The position numbers and the translations under genes were made by a program. A stretch of DNA of 63,231 nt, filler included, from Aduncisulcus paluster (lineage: Eukaryota): the NCBI GenBank assembly GCA_024181965.1. It is 8 parts of 8 records of this genome, joined end to end, with 100 filler letters (N's around TTAATTAATTAA, not from the genome) between each part and the next. Parts side by side here need not be neighbours in the genome. Positions count along the whole stretch, not along the records: positions 1 to 18,294 come from BQXS01011705.1; 7 more parts are not named here. The stretch is one strand, 5' to 3'. Positions 10,701-18,394 of the stretch are shown here, piece by piece. How positions within the stretch are numbered: the stretch's first letter is position 1; every line of letters begins with the position of its first letter. The notes beneath the pieces were generated by a model that saw only the letters and a list, made by a program, of their open reading frames with translations, had not been told where the DNA came from and searched no databases.

Positions 10701-13233
10701 CTGTTATCAGAAAGAATCATTGGGAAAACAGTTGGATTTCTCCCCTTCCTGTTTAGAATCAACTTATGAGAGCGCTGCAACAAAGCTCCCCGTTGTATCG
10801 ATAAAGAAACAAACAGAATTTTTATCTTCGAGGCTTGTGTTTTCTTCTCTTGCGTCTCAATCTGATCTCCTTGTCACGGATCATGTCCCAAAATCGACTT
10901 CAAAAACACTTTTCTTCACGTGTTCATTTGATGAGGCCGACCTTGGAGAAGTGGAAACATTGTGGATTACCATGGCTGGACGGCGTGTTTGTGGAACGAG
11001 TTTTGGCTGGAAACAGTATGGAAAGAGGAAGAAGGCAAAGAACAAGGATAAGGATGTGCAGAAAAAGGAAAAAATCGAGAAAAAAGGAAATGATAATGGT
11101 ATATTATTGTTTTCTCGTTTTACTTCATCGAAATCTTTTGATTTCTTTCAGGAATTCCCAGTATTTCATCCTTTGAATCTTCCTCCTTCTTTGACAATGC
11201 CATTATCGTTGTCTTCTTACAAGTATCTCCACCACGCATTTAGTTTAAAGAAATACAACATATTTTCTCCCTCTCTCCAAAATACAACGGTTAAACTGTT
11301 TAACATCTTTCTTTCTCATGCTAAAATTAGATATATTGAACATGAACACTGCTTTTTTAAGCATGATCAAATTAAGGCTCCGAGTTCAGTGTTTTGTCAA
11401 GCTGATATTCAAAAGAAATTTTTCTGTATCAACTATCAATTCAATACTATATTTCCATTCCTTAATGGTCATTCCACAGTTAATTCAAGACATAAATGTC
11501 GATGTTCTGTGGATCCATCCACTCCTCCTGTTTCTCTCCAACTCTCTATTGATTGTCAGACACTCCCATATGCTATTCCCGACACGATTATTCAGAAATA
11601 TGTTGATGTTGACGGAGCTTTCTCTCTAGATTCGCCAAGTCATTTCTACTCAGAGTCCCATTTGGAAGTCCATGAGCCACATAGTACAGAACAGTATAGT
11701 ACGTCCCAGCAAGATATTCAATGTTCTCTCAATCATAGAATGCCTCAATTGTCATCAAACATGTCCGAAAGCTCAAACTCATACTCCCTTCCCTTCTTCT
11801 CCTTGCTTTCCCACACCAAGCATCATACTCTTAGTGATGTCTCCATCCTTTCTATTCTTGTTGAGTTAGTGTGGGTTCTAGAAAAGCGAAAAGCAAGAGG
11901 ACGGCGAAAGTCACCCCTAAGCAAAGACAAGGAATATATTGTTGTTCACAGATTCATGGATTCAACAATTGTTTCATTGGGAGTAGCCAAGGTCCTACCA
12001 TTTAATGTGGAGGGTGTTGCTCGAGCTGTTGAGAAGGAATCCTCATTCTCAAACCCCCTTTTCAATCATGGATCGCTTCCACTTTTTTTCTCAGATGAAT
12101 CAGAATCAGAGGTGAACCTTATGAATATTCACGAAGAGGAGATCGAATATCCCATGAAACCTCGGTGGATAATCATGAATGAAGATAACGATGTTATCTT
12201 GCAACGAAGGAGGGGAGTGATCCAATTTTATTTGCAATATATTATGCACATTGAAGATGAGTTTTCAATCGATGAAAATGCAATTGTATGTCCTGGCTTG
12301 ACATTATTTAGTGATCTATCGACATATAAAACGTTGTATCCACTTATATTAAGTATTAAACGAACTGTTAGACGAATGAAACGAAGGGAAGATGGGAGAA
12401 AGTTACTTTTGTCTGCTAATCCTCATAAGGATCATGTACAGCATGGAGCTTCTCCCATGCCACGGTATTCAAAGATAGAAAATATATCCATTTGGGAAGT
12501 AGAGGCGCCCATATCGTTTACAAATGCCTCCTCCTTGCACTTTTCCCCAGTATTCGCTCAATTCAATACCAAGGATATTGTTGATCGATTCTTGCTTCCT
12601 TTCACTCTTGGACAGTACAACACTTTCCCCATTCCCTTTATGCATCCCCCAGAGGCCTTTATCTTCCACTCACATTCACACGCGTCTGTATGGAGTGTTG
12701 CTGTGATGATCTGGATAACAATTAGTTCGTGCTTTCCACTGTTTTGGGTCAAGACAAGGATTGTGGAATGCGGATATGGTTGCTCTGTCGAATCGCCCGC
12801 ATCTTCCCCATTTTACGATTGGAGACTTCCATTTGTTGTGGAATTGATGATTGGACCTGCATTCCCGCCATTACATCATGTTCCTTCCCAACTAAGAGAA
12901 CTCGTGTCAAGTTGTCTGAGTGCAAATCCAAGTGAACGTCCAAGTTTGTGTGAAATGTTTGTTTCCCTTAAGTTTCTACATGATACACCTGATATTTTGA
13001 TCAGAAATGATATATTGGATCCTGTGCCGAGATCTTCAAATCCAATTCACCTCACGGTACCTCGTCTTAGTGCAAAATTACCTTCTTGCTTCTCTGAGAC
13101 ATCAATTCCTTCACATTTACGTGTTTTTCTCCAAGACTTTTTCCCTGAACTCGATCAGGACATGCAATATATCCTTTATCGATTTATTTTTGAAGAGACC
13201 CGACGTCCTAATGGGTTGTTCTATGTATTTTGA
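7723..13233 (+). CDS. Very large hypothetical protein with Cys cluster and a degenerate kinase C-lobe at the C-terminus
   Basis: Continuous ORF (inflated by an in-frame overlap duplication at the 8894-8913 gap); CQRPCCCCG...VCEVC cluster; PPEAF...ASVWSVAVMIW...LRELVSSCLSANPSERPS resembles kinase subdomains VIII-XI; first plausible ATG 7723, divergent from BMS1. Confidence 0.75.
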   Translation: MPLLEMNGTYKSRFPLLRSFTIQFLCMPGDVSPKFIRESANHCLRATMQRLIFLSESSAIYRPPKSFPQHFQREYTYVSRMLISSFLPYATAVKGKFLFPLSLREYMLNNIDAYSAPETLLELGDIFLSFVEQLKHLNIFPLIGKDQIVYIVRAICFFLIVSISYERNLASKYGAGIVGALQCFIQRFLTVYKMIFYIRMHSLDQMRRIRQGHLSHEGAPRERIKHLYSSIPLSSFNQNSTISKSKHDKRTPRAVKMSCQRPCCCCGDLIPIFRNNNNKIKYWTQLKHFAASNYSNVLSPSFLMIDDNALVCEVCLSTCRAISLVVRLSLEAVTNFEHIVRKNLKEFSRLEHEGELGKGKGFKLSGSSERKDLNAISKPQDLSIPGDDCFXXXXXXXFRNNNNKIKYWTQLKHFAASNYSNVLSPSFLMIDDNALVCEVCLSTCRAISLVVRLSLEAVTNFEHIVRKNLKEFSRLEHEGELGKGKGFKLSGSSERKDLNAISKPQDLSIPGDDCFSKFYSCFRQTVPISSISFPDRIQQCISLLIKVDTLSFSIEDAQFVFNAYSYAHSFLFRSIYGSKEARTGLTERFHFIQELQRNVIQFVLESLHLTIHYVHPRTVFRLFSHLIPSLNSAFSFEGFQYDHFQIILLEIAFSIYRYSNTDLLGWSGLTALDSKSKNRSVRIYPSSQPESYEDLSDESDTDFLMSPVFKGSIISSPSHISHSNPASVIFLKTTFHNLPNTSSSLVHRAHMLNMEIIHSLSRVPQGVCNVASNSICQSLFSSIFSKMFLRRMSSSFQYELKDRYEKLCLSILRNILSSYYSRKSLCSKMSIPSVQEIMKGFKMKNVELLDFLKVSRLSLRVWTEPLRMSDTLNSSLVLVKSRSSKLPKRFKVILLISLLEPFPLSVVIKPLLFVLLKREKEIFLEMRKIECSNWIEERKLLKLISECDEERKIPPDHLFLPSSNPEKTTPKSKNRKSKNRIPGEIDAFNKDSICYQKESLGKQLDFSPSCLESTYESAATKLPVVSIKKQTEFLSSRLVFSSLASQSDLLVTDHVPKSTSKTLFFTCSFDEADLGEVETLWITMAGRRVCGTSFGWKQYGKRKKAKNKDKDVQKKEKIEKKGNDNGILLFSRFTSSKSFDFFQEFPVFHPLNLPPSLTMPLSLSSYKYLHHAFSLKKYNIFSPSLQNTTVKLFNIFLSHAKIRYIEHEHCFFKHDQIKAPSSVFCQADIQKKFFCINYQFNTIFPFLNGHSTVNSRHKCRCSVDPSTPPVSLQLSIDCQTLPYAIPDTIIQKYVDVDGAFSLDSPSHFYSESHLEVHEPHSTEQYSTSQQDIQCSLNHRMPQLSSNMSESSNSYSLPFFSLLSHTKHHTLSDVSILSILVELVWVLEKRKARGRRKSPLSKDKEYIVVHRFMDSTIVSLGVAKVLPFNVEGVARAVEKESSFSNPLFNHGSLPLFFSDESESEVNLMNIHEEEIEYPMKPRWIIMNEDNDVILQRRRGVIQFYLQYIMHIEDEFSIDENAIVCPGLTLFSDLSTYKTLYPLILSIKRTVRRMKRREDGRKLLLSANPHKDHVQHGASPMPRYSKIENISIWEVEAPISFTNASSLHFSPVFAQFNTKDIVDRFLLPFTLGQYNTFPIPFMHPPEAFIFHSHSHASVWSVAVMIWITISSCFPLFWVKTRIVECGYGCSVESPASSPFYDWRLPFVVELMIGPAFPPLHHVPSQLRELVSSCLSANPSERPSLCEMFVSLKFLHDTPDILIRNDILDPVPRSSNPIHLTVPRLSAKLPSCFSETSIPSHLRVFLQDFFPELDQDMQYILYRFIFEETRRPNGLFYVF

Positions 13234-13507
13234 TAAATGACATTTTTATTAAATTATATTTATTTTTATTAAATTATATTTATAAATACATTAATTGTTT
13301 AAATCGTTACGATATGCAATTTTTCCATTTTATATTGTGTCCGATCAAAATTTCTCATTTTGATAATGATTTGTTCTTTTATAAATATTAATATTTATTA
13401 TATTTGTGATGATCCATCTGATTTTTACTTACAGAATCAAGGTCTGATCCTTGACAAGCAGATTACCATGAATCTTTGTGTCAAGAATGCGACTCATCAG
13501 TAGAACC

Positions 13508-13640
13508 GTAGTAGTAGAGTACAATATAGTATAGTACAGTACAATATAGTATAGTACAGTACAATATAGTATAGTACAGTACAATATAGTATAGTACAGT
13601 ACAGTATAGTACAGTATAGTATAGTACAGTATAGTACAGT
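13508..13640. repeat. AGTAC/AGTAT pentamer satellite with a 20-nt higher-order unit (AGTACAATATAGTATAGTAC x~4)
   Basis: Directly visible tandem array; reverse complement of the TACTG/TACTA motif at 3891 and 23193. Confidence 0.92.
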
Positions 13641-13992
13641 GGTATAATAGAACCATTTAGACGTTTATTTTACTCTCAGGATTGTCAGGAGGTAATCTAC
13701 TGGCTCTGCATGATGAATACAGAGTAATACTCTGAGAGTATAGTTATTGTTAATTCATAAGAAGTAATTTCGCTCAGTAATACTGAGACTCAGTGAGTTA
13801 CTTTGGAATCTGCGAAGGTTGCAAGATCACTTGCGAAAATGAATAAAATTAAGGGATTACAAAAGGTTTGATTCAAACCATATTCAAATTGTAACATTAA
13901 GGATCAAAAGGGAAATTAGCATGTCACATCTGACATACACAATTATATATATATTACAAGACTGAAGCGGAGGGAAAGGCAGCGATATCTTA

Positions 13993-15927
13993 TCATACAA
14001 TACGTTGCAACCACATTGGAAGGAACGATGGTACCATTAATTGGGTGGAAATATCAACATCAGCGGTGAGACCATCGAACAGAGCAACATCATTATTAGC
14101 GCCTGACAAACGGAAAGTATAGCATGAATTGAGATCAGCTCCTGGAGTTGTCATACGTAGGGTGTGCTTGAGATCATCTCCATTATATGTTGGATAAAGA
14201 GACAGTTGGGCCCAGGCTTCCAAATCATCTTCTGGAGCTTCACGACCGAGTAAGATCAATGTTCCATCAGCATCATTGGATTCAATAATCGAGAGATACA
14301 CAGTAGTATCACCAGAAAAGCCATAGTCGCCGATATACCTTGGAATGGAAATGTTAGGAATGGGAAGTAAATTGCCAGGTCCATAAATACCATTAAGAGC
14401 ATCCACGGCTGGAATAAGAAACTCCAAGGCTTGTCCGCATAGTTCTGAGATGGAGGGAGCACCGGAACTACGAGAATTAGTGAGAATAGCAATACCTAAT
14501 TTCATATCAGGAATGAACTGAGCATTGGCATAGAACGGGTCTAATTCACCAGACTTATCGAATACCCATGTTCCATGACGCCATAATTGATCCCATCCTG
14601 CCCCCATGAGTTCACGGGCATTTTCAAACGCATACTGTGAAGTTAGATACATACGTTTAGTTGAAGGCTGGAGAATTGAAGAAGAATTAAAGTCCTGAAG
14701 CCACACAAGCCATTTTCCCATATCTCTTGCTGATCCAAATGCACCTCCGGCTGGATTCATCCATCCAAGATCAGGATAATCACTGGAGGANNNNNNNNNN
14801 NNNNNNNNNNCAAACGCATACTGTGAAGTTAGATACATACGTTTAGTTGAAGGCTGGAGAATTGAAGAAGAATTAAAGTCCTGAAGCCACACAAGCCATT
14901 TTCCCATATCTCTTGCTGATCCAAATGCACCTCCGGCTGGATTCATCCATCCAAGATCAGGATAATCACTGGAGGAATTGTTTGAAACGACCTGCCCGAT
15001 ATATGCATCATTTTCAGTCCATCCCATATTGATATCAAGAGAATCCCAAATGTAAGTGCCTATAGCAGTTTCAAACTCTTCTCCCGCAAGATCTTCATGC
15101 TCAAAAAGTCGTCCAAGAAGGGCGAATGCAAAGTTATTATACACAGGATCTGTTGCAGGTGCATATTGGAGGGTGGGATACTTGAAACTATCAAATATTT
15201 CCTGTGTAGAATAATCACAATCGCCAGGAATACATGGAAATCCAGCTAATAGCCCAGATAGATGGGAGGAAAGCATTCTATACGTGACTGGGTTATAGCT
15301 TTCATCATCGTCGAAAGGATTTATCACGGGCATTTCAGGCCATTTAGCTGATATGAGCTCATCTAGACCAAGTTTTCCCTCTTGCCATAATGAATAAAGC
15401 ATCGCTGAGGTAAAGGTTTTTGTAATGGAACCAACTCTAAACACATCATCAGGGCCAGGGCTCCCAGATTCCTGATCAGAGGTATCAACAAGGCCAAAAC
15501 CATTAAAAATCATTTGATCTCCGATAGTGATTACATATGACATTGTTCCGAAGGGCTGGGATGAGAGATAGGTATTCACAGAAGAAATAGCATCTTGAAG
15601 AAGCTTATTATTTATCATGGCATCGTTAACTTGTGTTGGAGGGTTGTTTGGCTGCCAACAAGGTCCAATATCACTTGACCCAAGTGGGATTGGATTTGGA
15701 GGGACAGGAGGGCAATTAGCAACTAAGGTTGTAGTGTTTTCACACTCAAGAGTAGGACATGAAGGAGGAATGAGAATTTGGAGGATGAGAGCAACAACCC
15801 CAACAACAAACGTCAACAAAATTGAGATGAGTATTAGAAACAGTAGTAACTTTGAGTCTGATTTTTTGGAGGCATATCTAGTAGGAGTAGCATGTGAATG
15901 TACTCGTAGCGATTCTAATCCATCCAT
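13993..15927 (-). CDS. Type II membrane serine hydrolase of the beta-lactamase class C/PBP fold (LACTBL1-like)
   Basis: N-terminal TM LLLFLILISILLTFVVGVVALIL; FRVGSITKTF (SxxK), LSSHLSGL, YNNFAFALLG (YxN), NPAGG, DKSG (KTG-like triad); ~160-nt duplication at the 14791-14810 gap. Confidence 0.9.
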   Translation of the reverse strand: MDGLESLRVHSHATPTRYASKKSDSKLLLFLILISILLTFVVGVVALILQILIPPSCPTLECENTTTLVANCPPVPPNPIPLGSSDIGPCWQPNNPPTQVNDAMINNKLLQDAISSVNTYLSSQPFGTMSYVITIGDQMIFNGFGLVDTSDQESGSPGPDDVFRVGSITKTFTSAMLYSLWQEGKLGLDELISAKWPEMPVINPFDDDESYNPVTYRMLSSHLSGLLAGFPCIPGDCDYSTQEIFDSFKYPTLQYAPATDPVYNNFAFALLGRLFEHEDLAGEEFETAIGTYIWDSLDINMGWTENDAYIGQVVSNNSSSDYPDLGWMNPAGGAFGSARDMGKWLVWLQDFNSSSILQPSTKRMYLTSQYAFXXXXXXXSSSDYPDLGWMNPAGGAFGSARDMGKWLVWLQDFNSSSILQPSTKRMYLTSQYAFENARELMGAGWDQLWRHGTWVFDKSGELDPFYANAQFIPDMKLGIAILTNSRSSGAPSISELCGQALEFLIPAVDALNGIYGPGNLLPIPNISIPRYIGDYGFSGDTTVYLSIIESNDADGTLILLGREAPEDDLEAWAQLSLYPTYNGDDLKHTLRMTTPGADLNSCYTFRLSGANNDVALFDGLTADVDISTQLMVPSFLPMWLQRIV

Positions 15928-15975
15928 GAGATTAACGAATGTAAGTCAAAACGACAACGTAGGGAAAATCTTACG

Positions 15976-16016
15976 CTGACGTTAACGTCAGGCTGACGTT
16001 TCTCGGCGAACGTCAG
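15976..16016. promoter_or_regulatory. Four CTGACGTT half-sites as two inverted pairs upstream of the hydrolase gene
   Basis: Perfect 16-bp palindrome CTGACGTTAACGTCAG (15976-15991) then CTGACGTT-N8-AACGTCAG (15993-16016), 49-89 nt upstream of ATG 15927; function inferred. Confidence 0.5.
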
Positions 16017-16115
16017 ATTCAGGAAATGATATTTCATTTGAAACAACTAGAACATTAATTATATATAATGAAATTTAAAATAATTTAAAAACAAAAGCAC
16101 TGTACATTATATAAT

Positions 16116-17507
16116 TTACTCGTCTTCTCTTTCGGCCTTTTCTGCCACTTTACCATGATTAGATTCAATTGTAGTTTGCCATTTTTGTGGAATAGATACA
16201 GTTATTCGAGATTCAATTGGAGATCCAGGCTGCATATCTGAGATAGAAGCGTAGAGAGGAATATTGAAAGGAGAATCGGGATTGGGGTCGGGCTTTGGCG
16301 TCTTCCCAAGCTTTCTCATCTTTTTTTCAAGTTTTTTCTGTGCTGCTTCACGTTTTTTCTGTCTTTTTTGCAAATCTGCCTTGAATTTTGCCGGTCTTTT
16401 GAGAGCTTTCCGAATAAATGATTGGATAACAATTGCTGCTCTCCGGCGTTCGTATCGACTAAGTAGAGCTGCGAGATTCTTCTCTTGCTTTCTTCTTCCA
16501 TGCGCTTCTCGATCTTCACGTTCAAGGCGAAGTTGATTGAGCCGATGTTCGAGAATCTTCACCTCACGTAATTGTGTGACATAAGTTCTCTTCTTTTCTT
16601 GAAGATCATCATCAAGAGAGAGCATAATCTGATCAAACTTGGTGATCCAACCACTGAAGTCATCCTCAAGACGTTTTCTAGTACGTTGGGTTTGTTGTTC
16701 ACGTTCAGAATTTTGAGTCAAAATTTCTTTCAATTTAACTTCAAGAGCTTGAATTTGTTTGATTTTATCCTCTCTAAATGCATGTTCTTGAGCAGAGGTA
16801 TCACTTAATCTTTGAGATAACTTGGATTTCAAATTGGCAACAAGCTTCTTTTCTTGCTGTTTGAGGGTGGCGATTGAAGTACGTAAATGTGTTTCCATCT
16901 CTTCTCCACGCTTACTCTCTTTTCTATGGGCTTTTTGAGTGGCTTCTTGTTCCCTTCTTAGACTTTTAACACTGGCAGCGGCCCTTCCTTCTCGAAGTGT
17001 CAGGTCCCCTTTATCTCTTTCTCTCTTCCTCTCTTCTTCAGCTGTAGTTGACATTTTAACACGCATCATTTCAGATAAATTCTTTATAGCACGCACAAAA
17101 TCAGCAATTCTTGTCGATTTAGTTTCTGGTTTAGGAGGATCTAATTTGGAAGATTGCAAACCATTAAATATCTTATCAGCTATTTCATAATTCTCAGCTA
17201 AATATCTTGATGTTTCACGAACTTGAACAACAAAATCTTTCTCGGCAGCCTTCAATTTTGGGATTAAACTTTTTAAACGACTTTTTAACCCTGTAGCAGC
17301 CACTTCTTCCATTTCAACAAGTTTATCTCTCAATGAAATTCTCGCAGCATTGTATTCTCTTAACCTTTCAGCGTGTTCAACTCCTACAACTTCATTTAAC
17401 TGTGTTGGATCTTCGAACATCTCGAAACTAAGCATAGAAAGTGCTCTTAGCTTAGATGCAAGTTCTTTAAGAACATGAAGACTCATTAAACTCTCTGAGC
17501 CTATCAT
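16116..17507 (-). CDS. DRC10: Dynein regulatory complex subunit 10 (IQCD)
   Basis: Long coiled coil with STTAEEE, LEDDFSGWITKFDQIM (E..WI.KYD..M motif) and a C-terminal IQ motif AAIVIQSFIRKALKR followed by a Lys-rich tail; ATG at 17507. Confidence 0.82.
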   Translation of the reverse strand: MIGSESLMSLHVLKELASKLRALSMLSFEMFEDPTQLNEVVGVEHAERLREYNAARISLRDKLVEMEEVAATGLKSRLKSLIPKLKAAEKDFVVQVRETSRYLAENYEIADKIFNGLQSSKLDPPKPETKSTRIADFVRAIKNLSEMMRVKMSTTAEEERKRERDKGDLTLREGRAAASVKSLRREQEATQKAHRKESKRGEEMETHLRTSIATLKQQEKKLVANLKSKLSQRLSDTSAQEHAFREDKIKQIQALEVKLKEILTQNSEREQQTQRTRKRLEDDFSGWITKFDQIMLSLDDDLQEKKRTYVTQLREVKILEHRLNQLRLEREDREAHGRRKQEKNLAALLSRYERRRAAIVIQSFIRKALKRPAKFKADLQKRQKKREAAQKKLEKKMRKLGKTPKPDPNPDSPFNIPLYASISDMQPGSPIESRITVSIPQKWQTTIESNHGKVAEKAEREDE

Positions 17508-17704
17508 TTTTTCTTTTCTTTCTGTCAAAAATGAGAAAATTTGTCAACATCCAAAGACTAATTGAAATAGAAAATATAAATGGATAAAATGCATTTTCAA
17601 TGGCATTTTAAAAAGGATCTTTGATTTGTAACGGCTATTTCACAACCATAATTGATTTGGGGGGAAAATTTATATTTGCATCCCTATCCACAATAGATAT
17701 TCCT

Positions 17705-18208
17705 ATGGATACAGGAAAACATAAAAATGAAGATGCATTAGATTTGATAAAATCAGAAATTTTGATGGAAGCAAGATCATTAATAGAGAACATGAAAAAA
17801 AGAGTTGAAAGAGAGAAAACACTTTTAAAATCATATGCTGATCAGTATTTACACCGATTGCCAACAGAAATTAGAAGTGCAAAGCTTAAAGATATTGAAT
17901 CATCAAAAGTTTTGGAGGATTTCGTTGAATTGATTTTCATCCCCAACAATAAGTTAAAAGAAATAATGGCCACTCCAAAAAAACTAGAAAAGGATGATAC
18001 TGCTGATAAATTAGGATCCAAAACAAAGAATGAGTCTGATTTGGTTGGAAGGGATCGAGGGATAGTCAAAGATTTGGTGAAACGTATGGAAAAGGTGCAT
18101 AGATCAAAATCAAAGTCCAAAGGTGTATCGAAAGGTACAAATAAGCTCCGGGATCAATCTCGATTTCAAAAATCAAAAACGGTTCGGTTCAATTTAGGAA
18201 AGAAATAG
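17705..18208 (+). CDS. Probable Borealin/Nbl1-like chromosomal passenger protein
   Basis: N-terminal helix ending YLHRLPTEIRSAKLKDI matches the Nbl1_Borealin_N pattern (l.rlP..vR.m.l.d); TPKK CDK site; basic C-terminus; ATG 17705, divergent from DRC10. Confidence 0.55.
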   Translation: MDTGKHKNEDALDLIKSEILMEARSLIENMKKRVEREKTLLKSYADQYLHRLPTEIRSAKLKDIESSKVLEDFVELIFIPNNKLKEIMATPKKLEKDDTADKLGSKTKNESDLVGRDRGIVKDLVKRMEKVHRSKSKSKGVSKGTNKLRDQSRFQKSKTVRFNLGKK

Positions 18209-18294
18209 GTTAGTTTCATAATTTTGTTCTTGCCACTTGGTGAAAACAACTCTTCCCGCCGATCGGAAAAGTATATCGAAGTTTTACACGGATC

Positions 18295-18393
18295 NNNNNN
18301 NNNNNNNNNNNNNNNNNNNNNNNNNNNNNNNNNNNNNNTTAATTAATTAANNNNNNNNNNNNNNNNNNNNNNNNNNNNNNNNNNNNNNNNNNN
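18295..18393. other. Artificial scaffold linker N~43-TTAATTAATTAA-N~43 (also 27226-27324, 33952-34051, 43331-43430, 49001-49100, 53424-53523, 60898-60997)
   Basis: Identical 12-mer with stops in all six frames embedded in N runs, seven times. Confidence 0.98.
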
Positions 18394-18394
18394 N

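Noticed and set aside
13508..13640. CRISPR array or telomeric repeat
   Set aside because: No unique spacers, no cas genes, eukaryotic context, internal location and no G-rich telomere-type unit
13429..13656. 75-aa ORF with YYTIL/YCTVL repeats
   Set aside because: Merely the translation of the pentamer satellite
18339..18350. Recurrent TTAATTAATTAA palindrome as a biological motif
   Set aside because: Always centred in N runs; a six-frame stop linker added when concatenating scaffolds, so cross-linker gene neighbourhoods are meaningless
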